The notes below the pieces were generated by a model that worked only from the letters and a program-made list of their open reading frames with translations, was not told where the DNA came from and did no database searches. Source: Schizochytrium sp. TIO01 (Eukaryota; Protista; Bigyra: Labyrinthulomycetes). From it: a stretch of 64,000 nucleotides of DNA. The number at the start of each line of letters is the position of its first letter. Positions within the stretch are counted from its first letter, which is position 1. The stretch spans positions 1,302,001-1,366,000 of the forward strand of contig SMSO01000005.1 in the NCBI GenBank assembly GCA_004764695.1. Reading direction: 5' to 3'. Shown piece after piece: positions 26,730-39,610 of this stretch. Both the position numbers and the translations under genes were made by a program.

Positions 26730-27249
26730 CATAGTAGGTTCCTAAATACCCTCCCTTAATTACTTTTATAAAGTACTTTGCGGCCAAGTTCGAGTATAAG
26801 AAGGTCTGCGATCGCCCTGGTATCGCCAGAGTAATGGGGGGACTGAATCCAGCCAGAAGGATTGCGCAAAACCGGAAAGCCTGCGACGCGAGACCTCTCT
26901 CTCACCACGGAAATGCGGCCGAAGATCGTCGTAGCTGCTTTTCTTCTTTCATCTCTTGCTTGAGACCTACCTGCCTGACTTTATCGTAAATCGGTGCGTG
27001 GGTAGTTTACATCACAATAAGTGGTACTCGATGATGGTACAAGCTGTTAATGGGGATCTGGGAATCTTGAAAGCACTGGGCTTGAGAAGGAAACAAACCG
27101 TGATGGAGAAACATGGTCCTACGTATTATGCTGTTTAGGCATTACGGCGATAGCTTAGAATGGATGCATTGAAGCAAAAACAAAAATAACAACTAGGTAC
27201 TCTAGCACTACAATTCGACGGAATGATACATAAGAACGAAAGCAAAATC

Positions 27250-27720
27250 AGATTGCGGATTGATAAAAGCGACCGGAAGAATTTTGGACGCCTCGACAAC
27301 TTGGGTGTTTTCTCGTTGGGGATTGCTGGAGGCAGATATGCAGCACACTGCTGTCTCACAGACGAACTCAGAGGCGAGTGTAGGTCCTCTGGCACGGATC
27401 CACGCCGTGCACAGAGCAGTGACAGCACCTCGAAATGGCCATGGAGAATTGGCGCAGTGCGAGGCTGTTCGGCGTGTCCTTTGTAGCGGCGATTTTGAAC
27501 TAAGGTCGCAGAAAACATGGCTTCCCGGGCAAAGACCTGATGCTGCAAATGGTGCCATTGAAACTACGGTTGTGGAGCGCTCCGCCAAACCGGTGAACCT
27601 GTTCGCATCTTGCCAAGTTATGTGTAGCGATGTAGTGATCGAGTCCGATCTTGAGCATAGGCAAAGAATCATCGACGCATTCATGTAATGCTTCATACAT
27701 CTTGATTGTTGAATCTTCTT
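27250..27720 (-). pseudogene. Possible decayed ankyrin-repeat gene fragment
   Basis: Different minus-strand frames give ankyrin-like pieces: GGALHNRSFNG..CSIRSL, YKGHAE and LHGHFEVLSLLCARRG. No intact ORF. Confidence 0.3.
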
Positions 27721-28496
27721 GCGATGATACCTAGTACGTTGAGCTGGTGCTTTGGAGGATCTATGATGCAGAGCTATAGTAATAGGAAATCAGAATAAGA
27801 GGGCTATTTTTAGTCATGAGCATCTTGCTGAGGAGCCAAACCTGTAGAACATATTGAGTAGAGGGAATACCATGATACGCTATAAGTAGAAAGATCAAGT
27901 CAAAGCACTGATTGCGGTAGCAACTGAAGCTGCCTAATTTCGGAATAGCTGACCGACCTCATTACATTAGGGCCGATGGGACCAGATGGCCGTCTGTAGA
28001 ACCTTCTCGGTTTATGATTAGTGCCAAATTGGCATGAGGCGTGGGGTTCCATGAATATCTAAAAGTTGCTACACATGTCTTTAGTCAATTCAATCTGTAG
28101 ACAGTTTTCTACAGAAGTAAACGCAAAACGTATGTACATCGCAATCAGAATAAAACGCATTATTATTATTATTATCATTATTATTATGCTTTACATGATA
28201 AGAACCAACTTCCATTAGCCCTTTCTGCTGAATTTCTGATCTGTCTATTCAACTTTTGATAACCTAGAAAGCAAAATTTTGTATAACCAATCACAGTTTT
28301 TGTTTAGAATGTTAGTGGGGGGATCAAAACTTTGCAAAGTTTACCTCGCGTGCAGTGTTTGCAAAAAAAGATAGAGTTGACATATACATATAGATCTGTA
28401 CAGACATATTATATATATATATCTTTGTCATAAGTATTCAAAGGCACACATTGCAGAATGTTTAACATTACATGTATGAAGAATGAACTCTCGCGT

Positions 28497-29210
28497 CTAC
28501 TCAGATGGACTTGGTGGGAAATGTGGATAGCCATACATGTGCATTCCCGATGACGATTCATTCTGATTCGGTCTATCGCCATTGTGTTGCACCATTGAAG
28601 AAGGCGGAGGGGACTGCATTTGAGGAAGTGACATAAACTGGGATCCGTGATTTAAAGCAGCAACAACATCAGCGGGGTTCGACATGGAAAGTGACTGACG
28701 CATTGGTGAATTCTGCACCAGATGTGCATGCATCGCTGCAAGCTCAGCAGGGCTAGGCTGCTGGCTAGGCTGTAGGTGGTGTTGATTTAGAGATGAATGC
28801 TGTCCTAGTTGAGCGCGAATTGAAGAGAGATCCCCTGAGTGAGACATTTGATTCGGAGAAGGAAATGCGAACAGGTTCGTTGAGGATGAAGCCATATCTG
28901 TGCGACGAAGGCTGTCCATTCCGGTGTATTGATGTGGCGGTGGAGTATGCATATGATGCGCATCAGGAGAGCTTGAAGTAACCGCATGTAGGCCCGGAGA
29001 ATGAGACATGTTTTGGTTGTGCTGCGGTTGTTGAATGTGTGCATTCATATGGTGCAAAGGGATTCCGGGATGTTGGTGCAAGTGGCCGTTGTTTTGGTTT
29101 GAAAGAACGTGTTGCTGCTGATGTTGGTGATGTTGGAGATTATGATTTTGGTGTTGGTGTTGGTGTTGTTGGTGATGGTGAAGCTGCTGCTGATGATGAT
29201 GATACTGTTG

Positions 29211-29246
<36 letters not shown>

Positions 29247-32200
29247 AAGGTGCAGTTGTTGTTGATGTTGAAGCTGCTGCTGTAGCAGTAGCTGTTGCTG
29301 TTGTTGATGATGATGATGATGATGATGATGTTGTTGATGTTGTTGTTGATGATGCTGCTGATGTTGCTGTTGCTGATGTTGCTGTTGCTGCTGTTGTTGT
29401 TGTTGCTGCTGCTGCTGCTGTGGTGTCTGAGACTGTTGTTGTTTTTGTGTATGCTGTGCCTGCTGCGATTGTTGTACTTCCTGTGGTTTTGGTGTGTGTT
29501 GAGGCTGCTGCGATTGTTGCTGTGTTTGAGACTGTTGTGGTTTTTGTAACGGCTGTGGCTGCTGCGATTGTTGTGGTTTTGGTATGTGTTGCGGCTGCTG
29601 CAACTGTTGTACTTGTTGCGGCTGTTGACCCTGTTCGGGGGAATGTCCAGAAAGGCCAAATACTTTCTTGATTTGGGAAGCATTAGAGAAACTGGCTTGG
29701 GAGGCCATCTTGACTGCATATTGTTTTATTGCTGGGGTTTCGATAATCTCAGAAACAACCTTTTGTACCTGTGGAGGGAATTGTTGAGAAGATGTAGCGA
29801 GGCTTCTCGAAGCATGGGGCTGGAATGTCTCAATCTTGTCTCCAGAGTTGTTAATATTGAGATATGCGAGAAAACGTAGCAATAGTTCAAAAAGAATTGG
29901 TACAGAGTGCTCCAAACCTAGGTCAGGCGGCATGCTTGCATTTGCAAATAGCATGCGCCAAAGCTTCCTTGAACTTGTTTTTGTTTCTTCCATTCCCTTC
30001 GCGAGTTCAGAAAAGTGGTCAGAGCTCTTGAGGATCTGCATCAGAATACGCTCCTCAGGAACTGCAACCTCTAGTTTTGAGCTCTCGTCTAAAACTTTTG
30101 TTAGGAGATCCTCATTCACAGGCCCCAGAATAACCTGTGATGTAGCAGTCTTTACACAAGCCTTCGCCGCAGCATTATTTTGTACTTTATGCATGTGTTC
30201 GTATGCAGCAACGAAGCCGCTACGTCCAGATTCAGGAATATAAGGGACATCATGTTGTTGGCAACAAGATTGACAGAAGAATTGTTGTGAGTTCGAAGCC
30301 AGAAGATCTACTGCATCCTGCTCTAGTCCAATACAATCTCCGTGAAACCATCCGTTGCAAGACCCGCAGCATAGCATCGACTTATCGAAGTCGGTCGTGC
30401 CAAAATCTGGCTTACGACATGAACAGAAGATATTTACCATTGGTCTTTTCCCATCACGAATCCGGCAAGATGGGCAATTGAAATCCTTCATCTCTTGAGA
30501 CTCGGCAAGTGAGATACCAACACACAATGGATGAAACCAATTTGAACAGGATGTGCAATGCACCATCGGATCTCTCTCACCATGGTCACGCTGACAGTAA
30601 CAAAACTTATTCAGCGATTTCTCTGGAAGGTCGAGCAGTTTTCCGTCGTAGATGCAAGTAGGGCAATGGAACTTGCCAAGTTCTTGCACGCGCTCCTTAG
30701 TGGTAGCGAGACACTGTGGGTGATACCATTCGTTGCATGAGTCACAAGCAAACATAAAGGTGTTTGAAAGGTTTGGCTTGCGACAAACGCAGTACAATTT
30801 TGTCTTACTTTTGGCGCGTGGCTCGATAGGTCCATCTTCCTCGCCTTGAACTAGCTGCCCCAGTGTTTCTTGGTCAATACACTGGTACGAAGCCTTGAGC
30901 ACAGCCCTCAAAGCGTCACTCTCCTCTATCAAAGTAGAGCTATTAGTTGGAGAGCTATCCGAGGATCGGTCACCAGGACATCTCTCATTTCCTACAGACT
31001 TATCAACGCGCAGTAAAAGTGCTTCAGAAGCCTGGTTGCGCCAAGTACGTACGGACGCGATGAAAGAGAGAATTTCTCGCATAACTTGAAAGTTCTCCTC
31101 AGTAATCCCTAATGCAAGACCGTCTTCAACAAACTTGAGCACTTGAGCTTCCCGCCAACGGCTTTTGTTATCAGCTCCAAAATGTTCGACCAAAGCACGG
31201 GCATCCTTCATCCAGTTTTCAATTTTGTCAGAAACAGCAGCGAGTTCAGCTTCCATCTCACGAGCAGGACGGAAAGCAAGTTCGGATAGGCTAGCAACTA
31301 ACTTTTGAACCTCCAACGCATTTCTTTTTGAACTCTTCATCTGCTCAAGATAAGTTGCTTCCCACTGCAAAACGTGATCAATACGCTCACGAAAACCTTT
31401 AGTAATAGTGTGCACGTCGATAAACTTTGGGAGCGAAGGGGTGTTGTCAAGGTGTTTCTTTGCTTCCCGTGCCAAAGGACGAGGCTCGCGCTCGAGAAAA
31501 CTTTTGGCTGTTTCAAGCCACTTGCAGGCGTCAACAGAAGACAACGCAGATTCGACCTCAGGACTTACACGAATACGGACGTTCTGTAGAAGCTCTTCTC
31601 TTGCGGTGGTAAGAAGAGATAAAGCTTCCTGATCTAATGGATTGTGCTCAAGCTTTTGATGACTTTCAAGAATTTTGCTTTCACACGTTTTTAGCGACTC
31701 AAGACGCTGTGATAAATTTAACACTTCAGGAATGGTAGATCCACCGCCACCACCATATCTCTGCACCGCTGCCTCTACCTCAGCAGCACTTGCCCAGCCT
31801 GACATGGGAAGCCGTGGAACCAAAAGAATACGGTTGAGGCTTTCGCGAACCTCTTGGAGAGCTTCACCAGAAGCTTTTAGCGCCATCACCTCTTTACTGT
31901 GAATACTAACTCCATAGCCTTGGGCTTGGTTAATTAAATTCTCTGCAGAACTTGCACCTGAATTGCCTTGAGCTTGCAATTTACCAAGAACATACACAAT
32001 ACCAGGAGCTAGTGTCTGGGTTGGAGATAGGGTCACTGGACCGCTTTCACTATTCATTTTGCACAGCTCAATGAGGGCAACTTCGGGGAGCTGGTCAGCA
32101 CTTGCAAGCTCTGCACCTGCAGCTGCTTCTTCAGGTAAATAAGTGTTCCATGCACCTTGGCGCCATTGGTTAAGCTTTGTTAAACAATCCCCAAGCTTCT

Positions 32201-35200
32201 TCAACATTGTATGTAGACGAGAGCTCGATATGATATGAAGGACCTCAAGGGAAGATGCGTCGGAGGAGGTGAGACCATGCGCAAGGCAATATGCTATCTT
32301 CTTGGTTGTCTTGTCGCCTTCTGACACGGCGCTTTCCTGAGGAATAACTACAGAGAGCGAACAAAATCGACGGCAAACTTTGCACTGGATATCGCTGACA
32401 CCTGCGGCACCACCCATGCGTGACATAGCCATTGCGTGAGCTCCGCTTACGCTACCACCTCTCTCGCGCCCATCAATCACTCGATTTGAACCACGACCTT
32501 TCTGCACGACTTGAGATCCAGCCAACTGAGGTTGGTTGCTAGTATCTTGGTTTTCTTGTTTTACCTTTTCCTTTCGATCGTTCATCCTGGCTTGTACGAG
32601 GTGGCTTGGCTCTTCAGAGATCACATTCATTCCCGCGTCCTCACACCTTCTCCTTAAATCAAACTCTGCGCTAAGCAATTTCAACAAGGAGGGGTAGAGC
32701 TTACGCGCAAGAGCAAAGGCTTCATCATCTTGTGATTTATCACCGACTTGAGCGGCACCAGCCAACGCATGATCCACAAGTGAAAGGAGTAGTGTACTGT
32801 GGGAAACTACGGGGTTCTTACGCAAGGACATATAACGCTCAACACAAGCATCACCAAAAGGCAGCCATCGAGGAGTAGCAAAGTTGACAGCCTCTGCACA
32901 GTTGATTCCATGGTTAAAACCGCCATGATAGCCCTGAGGGAAAGTTAAAACGAATTCGCCTTCTCGTTGAATGAGATGGTACACAGGAACATCAAGTTTT
33001 GCCAACTCACCAGGGTTAAATTGAGTAACAATACCAGTAAGTACATCCGGCCGAGCTGTGAAAAGGTCAGGAGTCAATTGACGCGCGGCCTCCTCAAATT
33101 TATGTGCGCCAGAAGAAGGTACACCATACCATGTCTTTGGTTCTCCCCAATGATGATAGTTTATTGATGCAAAGTAGTGATCTTCAGTGTGCCAGCAAAA
33201 GGAGCTGAAGAACATGCCCATATATAACCAGGGCACAATCACGCCTGTAATATCTTCTCCTACATATTGTAGCAGTGACCCCGGCAGTTTGGGGAAGTTG
33301 TTCAGGTTCCAAGGATCATTACGGTATTTATTTGCCAAGGCCAGAGAAATTGGGGGCTCCGTTACTGGAAGTGCACGGTTGTGGGTCGGAAAACCAGATC
33401 CAACTGAGCCAGTATCTAAATCACTACCGTAAGAAACTTTAAGATCTACCAGTTCCATGTCTGTACGGGCTACGTTCGATATCAGGCGCCAGTACTCTTT
33501 CTCTAAAGCAGCATCGCCTTCAGGAGTGTCAGCGTTGGCTAAGGCATCATGAATGAAAGAATCGTTGCTTTCGCGGGCCTTTGCGATGTATTTGTCCCGA
33601 AATGCATTACCCATATCCTTGTATTCCGGAATACTAAATGTCTGGCCTTCGCCAAAGCCAAATGACGCAATCCGCTTAGGTACTCGTGAGCTTCTGCCAT
33701 CGTACTGATGGGGACGTTGCTTAGCATGGGCTTGTGATGGATGCGGCACAGAATCTTTCCTTCCCGTTGTCAAGGATGCTGCTGTGGGAGTGGGAAATGA
33801 AGAGGATGATTCTTGCTTAATATCGCCCTCGTCTACCATCATGTGGTCGTCTGAATTTTTAGAGACATGATTGGAAGATTTCGTGCCCTCCTCTTCGACA
33901 CCTTGGCCGTCATCGGTTTCGTCTTCATCATCTTCATCGTCATCTTCCATGCATACCGAGCAGAACCAGTCGCCAGAAGGAATCTGTCGTGGCGCCGGCT
34001 CCAAACAGTTCGCGTGATATGCATAATTACAACCATCACATAAGAGCAAGGTAGCAGGGCTGTCGGCTCGTGTACAAATTTGACAAATACCTTCTAATGC
34101 CGCCTCACGAGCGAGAGTGCGACTACACCCAGAGGCGAGAAGCATGACCAGGGTCTCCCTGTCTACAGTCTCTTCGTGAGACAAAGTCCGTGCCGCGTCC
34201 TCAAATGTATACCGTACCTTGAACGCCTCCGCACTCGGAGCAAACTCAATTAGGTGCAAGGCTCCACGCTCAACATCCTCTCGAGAAGTTGCATCAATAG
34301 TCATTTGTTGGTCTTCAGGGAGAACACCTTCCATAACCTGACCAACCAAGCAATCCTTAAGGTCTGGAAAATATTTGTAAAAGGCAGCGCCAAGCACAAC
34401 ATCTGGGTCCTCGCGGGGGCCAAGTCTTTGACAAAGGCGCATCTTGGTCACACGAAGAGTCTGAGCAGCTTCGGCACTGCGACGCACAAGAGTCTCAACC
34501 TTAGGTGGGCGACCGCGTCGTTTCTTTCGTACTGGCTCACCATCTGCACCGAGCAAAATGCCATCAGAAATACTGGGGTCGGGAATATAAACGATTTCAG
34601 AGTCCTCGTAGGAGAGTGTCGGGTTACTTGCTGTCTCGATTTCGCTTGCAGCCTTACGAACCGCATAATCTGCTGCATCTTCACCCATTTGTCCTGCACG
34701 AGCACCCTCAATACCACATGCTACACTGCTGAAAGCTCGCGAAAGAAGAGCTTCAACAGAATCATTCTCGAAATCTGGGGGAACAACGCTATCCTGCGAA
34801 GTTGCTTCGTGCTCTGGAATTAGCAGAAAGGGGAGGAGGTAGCGCTCATATGCTGTTGCCAAGGCTTGAGAAAGGTTTTCCAGTTGTACACCATCTGAGT
34901 CGTTAGGCTCACCGATACTTGTAACAGGGACCAACACTCTTGTGATACCATGCCAAAACGTATTTTTTTGCGCTTGAGTGATGAGATCCCTCACTTTGTT
35001 CACACCTCCAGCTTTTTCAACTGCACTGTAGAGCTGATAGAGACGCACATTCTCCTCAGTGCCTGGCTTCGACAAACTTGGAATTTTCGGAATGGCTTGG
35101 TCGCCCATGGGGACTCCTCTTTTGAAGTGAAACTTGCGAACATCAAATAGAAATTCTCGTTCTACACGCGCGACACCATCGACCTTGGTCAGATTTTGCA

Positions 35201-35384
35201 CGCGAGTGTGGAATCTGAAGATTTGCGGATCCACTGCGAAACATGGTTTCCAATTTGCAGGGGGTACAATCTTGCAAATGCCTGCTTGTTCAGCCTCATC
35301 CCGGATAGACGAAATAAATTTCATAGGATCTTTGAATTCTTCGACCGTCGGGTGGTACACAGGTGCCTCCTTGATGAGCTCCAT
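28497..35384 (-). CDS. KDM5/JARID1-type histone H3K4 demethylase, 2295 aa
   Basis: JmjN (APVYHPTVEEFKDP...GICKIVPP), ARID-like region (LYQLYSAVEKAGG), PHD (CQIC...LLLCDGC...YH..CL...WFCSVC), JmjC with intact Fe ligands (WHTEDH, YHGGFN), C5HC2-like remnant, PLU-1-like helical region, three further PHD fingers and a polyQ/H tail. Confidence 0.93.
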
Positions 35385-36310
35385 GGTGACAGTCTTTTAA
35401 AAGTCCTTGCGAAAGATAAAGCCAATATCTGTACTAAGAGTAAAAGACGTCGAATTGAAATCAAATCCTCGCTTCAATATAAAAAAAAAAACAGTTAAAA
35501 ACAAGTGCGTACGATGAAGGTCCACGAACAGAGATAACCCAGATCGCAGAAAATATATATGGCTTGTAGTAGCCTTGCTAAACGCGATGTGACCCCGTTC
35601 ACCAAAATCTGCGATTATGATCGAACAAAATTCCGCAAATTAGTGCGAAAATCCCAAAAGCCTGCAGCTACAATACCCCGAAATCTGCCAGGACTTCAGC
35701 TGACGAAGATGCTGCAAGAGGAGGGAGTCCCAGAACCCAGGGTCGCAACAATGTCCTTGTGAATACTTCGGTCGCCCTATCAAATACAGAGCAAGTGAAT
35801 CAACAACAATTTAGATTGAATGAAAGTCGCCGCGGCCGCGCTCGATTCAAAAAAGGGATCGCGCCGCGCAGACAAATCTACAGCGCCGCCAATGTTTAAA
35901 AAAAAGGGTCTTGGCAGCGGACGCTATTCCACGCCCGCGCACCGCCAGAGGAGTCGAGACGTCGCGCAAACCAGTCCGAGCGCGCGCAATTCGATTCTGC
36001 GCGCAGATCGCGACAGATATCTCATATTGCTCTTCGATCATTCATTTCTTACTAAGAGAAAACCAGAGGTTGTAGTCCTGTAATACACTCACGCGTATTT
36101 TAACAACAGTATCCTTGTCTACCCCCCTACGTTTTTTACTCCACAGCTTGTATCATGCTTATTTTCGAAATGTAACCTGATTATGTACGCATGAAAGGAG
36201 ATAGAGAGTAAGTTAAGGGAGTAGACTTAGTCTGGAAAGGGGCCCGCGGCGTCCTAAAATTTATCTATGTAATAGCTATGCTAAACTGGTAGGACTGAGG
36301 CGAGTGTGGT

Positions 36311-36398
36311 GTATTTTAATGGCTCTTCGTTGGAGGAGGGAGGACGTATTTTAATGGGGATTCTAGAGAGTGTATGTGTATTTTAATGGTATTTTAGG
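36311..36398. repeat. Spaced direct repeat GTATTTTAATGG x3 plus a partial fourth copy
   Basis: Copies at 36311, 36346 and 36378; partial GTATTTTAGG at 36389. Confidence 0.8.
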
Positions 36399-38095
36399 AC
36401 GCGAGGACGATGAGTGCAATTATGAACAAATGAATGCCTTCTTCGAGATTGTATGCGGGGATAACGACGGAAACTCTCGCAGTAAGGAGAGGGATACTTA
36501 CGAAAGGCTGAGCTTGTGCACATGGAGCGATCGATGACCAGGGGATTTCTATCGAAGAAGCAAATTTGCTCGAAATCATGACGCTTCCAAGTGTAGGTAG
36601 CAAACCTTCCGTACATTGAGAGATTGATTATCTCACACGCAAATGGAAAATGAGAGCAGAAAGCAAAAGGTCTATCAGAAATTGGGGGAACTGCAAGCCC
36701 GAGAATACGCCTCGATAGGGCCAATAGAGTTCATGGAATGACTAGAGAATTTTCCCAAATTGGTGCTAAACAACGCAACATCGTGATCGTGGTGATGGAA
36801 TGTTTCATCTTATCGAAATTCGTCACTAATTATGGGTGGACAATCCTACATATTAGACCCACAGGACCTGAGTGTCACTAATCTAGAAGATGATGAAGGT
36901 GATAGAATCTTACCTTGGAGCTGTTATATCAGCTATGAGTTGCAAGTTGTATCCTGAAAAGACCATAGTCCGTGTGGTAAGCGCTCGGTGAGTTTTGCTG
37001 TAAAGCTCAGACAAACATGTATGGTGCCGTACGCATTTACGGATTTAGCACGTACGGCAGCATACATATTTAGCAGTTGCTTCTAGCTTGCTAATTCATT
37101 AATCGTCAGTTCCAGGCTTGGGGGAGACTCTGTCATCGCTGATGCAAGAGGCACTTCAAGAGTTCAGGAATCAAACTCCCTACCCGTGGAAATATGTATT
37201 TCTATCGCCTCGCCTCAAAAGCCCACATTGAACTCCAATATCAAGACGTAGGGCTCTAGTCATGAAAAGAGGCAAACTCTGCTATTTGCTAAGCGCCCTG
37301 GAGCAGCACAAAAGTGTCTCAGGCGGACCACCTACACAGTCCTCCATCGTCATCCTAAGAGCTGTTAGTCTCAGTCACCTATAAAAGGGTTTGTCTCCAG
37401 CACCACAATCCCAGATGTAGTGATGTAGTAGAGCAACTAAACCTCCACCCACCATCTAACATACTGACGGTGACGACCACAACCACGATGATGATCACGA
37501 TGGGAGTTGGCACGATGCTGGTCATGTTGGTTCCCAGCTCTTGGTTCTAAGACATCGCCTTGGCACTTCAAATCGCTTACCCTGGACCTAAACTCAAACG
37601 AACTCAACACCTCCTCGCAATCGATGGTGCCTCGGACTGGACTCTTCGCGCATCCATCGCAGTCCCATGTTCGATCAAGTTATGCGCGATATATGGAGAG
37701 AGCGGGGTCAAGTCAACAAAAACGAAATCGAAACGAAAGGACCCCATAGCGAACTCCTATGCCAAAGCCTATACACGCTCCAGTCTAAGTTTGATCGACT
37801 TTGACTTCCTCATCCTCTCTAAATACGATGTACCAACTATGTTAATCTACCTACTGCTTAAGTAATAGTCTTCAGTGAAATCTATGACGTCTACTTCAGC
37901 ATGATAAATAAGTGCAACTTTGTCAGAGGAATTGTCAGAATCACCAAAATCGTTGAAGAAGCAAATACCCTTCGCCACGGAGGTCCTGCTTGTCTTTGCG
38001 GCTGAGACCGGAGACCTGGCCTCTTCTGGAACTGGCCCTGGACCTGCTTGGCTAAGGGTGCTGCCGTTCTGCCAGTGGCCTTTGTGTAGTCAAAG

Positions 38096-39064
38096 ATGCT
38101 GCAGCTCAAGGTGCGGGCGGTGACCATGGCGGATGTCTCGAGTCTGCGAAGTCGCTGCGGCGAGAGCCTCAGCCACGCACTAGGTGACAACGCAATGATC
38201 GCCAGCATGTTTGCTAATGTTGCGGTGATGGTGTTCGTGCTGTGGTGGGTACAACGTCCGCTGGACCCTCAGCTCTTCCAAACGCTTTCGGGCGCGGCGC
38301 TTCTCACCTTTATTTATAAACGCGACAGCTCAAGTGCCGCTAAACGCGAAGCTTTAGGCCAGATGCGCCGCGCAATCTCCCATTTTGTTCAAGTTGAGGC
38401 TGACCTCTTTCGGGAGGCCCGTGCCTTTCGCAACGATGTCGCTTCCGAGGTTAATCTTGTACAGCAGCTTATTGACGATGAGCGCGGATTCTTCTATTCC
38501 TGGACGAGTTTTTGGCGCCGCGAGCCGATTCTCCGAGACACATCCCTTTACGAAGGCGCTGCTCTCCAGACGACCAGTGCTCTTGCAACCCTCCTCAACG
38601 GACCTGTGGCTGATAGGCTCGTCCAGACACGTGGCTTCGGACCCGTGGTTTTCGTGTGCCTGCCGAAGAACGCTCCGAGCGTCGAAAAGTCACAAAAATC
38701 TGTTCGAAACTCCTTCCGAGATTCTCTGCCGATGACTCTGCTGGTCGGGACCGAAAAGCCGAGGCATGTTCGTGTTTTTGGTGTATACTTTTTCGGCACG
38801 CTTATCACACGGTTTAGCGCGGCATCCGCAGTGCTTGCGATGTTTCCGGAAACGTTGGAGTCACCGCGGCTGCGAAGGGTTCGCAACGAGTCTAGAAGAC
38901 TCGTTGCAGTTCTAAGAGAACGGGAGGAAGAATTACAGAGGGTTGTCATGGCAAAATTCGGTATTCAAAACCAAAAGATGCAAAACAAGAAAGAAATTAA
39001 GCAAGTGAAGAAGACAATTGGAGATGCCGATGTGGCAAAGGCAGGGTCAAAGAAATTAGCCTAA
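38096..39064 (+). CDS. Hypothetical protein, 322 aa, with N-terminal hydrophobic helices and basic coiled C-terminus
   Basis: 969-bp ORF, GC-richer than its flanks; TM-like MIASMFANVAVMVFVLWWV. No family recognised. Confidence 0.5.
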   Translation: MLQLKVRAVTMADVSSLRSRCGESLSHALGDNAMIASMFANVAVMVFVLWWVQRPLDPQLFQTLSGAALLTFIYKRDSSSAAKREALGQMRRAISHFVQVEADLFREARAFRNDVASEVNLVQQLIDDERGFFYSWTSFWRREPILRDTSLYEGAALQTTSALATLLNGPVADRLVQTRGFGPVVFVCLPKNAPSVEKSQKSVRNSFRDSLPMTLLVGTEKPRHVRVFGVYFFGTLITRFSAASAVLAMFPETLESPRLRRVRNESRRLVAVLREREEELQRVVMAKFGIQNQKMQNKKEIKQVKKTIGDADVAKAGSKKLA

Positions 39065-39610
39065 AGAGTGGAACAGGGCGAGATAGTTACAAGGTGGGGA
39101 AGTAGCTACTGAAGGCTTCTGGTGAATGTAGCATAAGAAACGATCAAAATGTATCAGTTTAAAGGCACCTTGTAAATGGAGTCGTTTAATGTCGAAATGT
39201 TGAAGATAGAAAATTTAGAATAGTAGCAGATAAGATAAATTTAGAGAAGCACTTACCCAAAGAAATGGCCTTCCAACTTGAACTCTCAGATCCTTACTTG
39301 GTCACTGTGACACCAGTTTGTCAATCTCATTTATGTGGACCGCTGATCATTTTTTCTTCTTTAGAACCGAGGCAGTCTAAGGTACTTTCATTATTAAATA
39401 TTATATCTCTTCTCAAATCTCGAGTAGAATTGGCCAGCATGGCTTTGCCTTCTGATGCTTAAAGTATAGATTTGCTATTTCATGAACCTAACCATGTATT
39501 TGCAAAATCAGGCAATATGTTAAGGTGCATACATAAAAAGATAAATCATACACAAGAAAGTCTAACGGGGCAACACTGAGGTGGCAAGAGAGAAGAAGAA
39601 AATGTGCACA

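Noticed and set aside
29039-29719. Poly-A/V/D, poly-L/M and poly-N/S ORFs
   Set aside because: Alternative-frame and antisense shadows of the KDM5 polyQ/H tract.
36311-36398. CRISPR array
   Set aside because: 12-bp repeat, only three copies, eukaryotic context, no cas genes.
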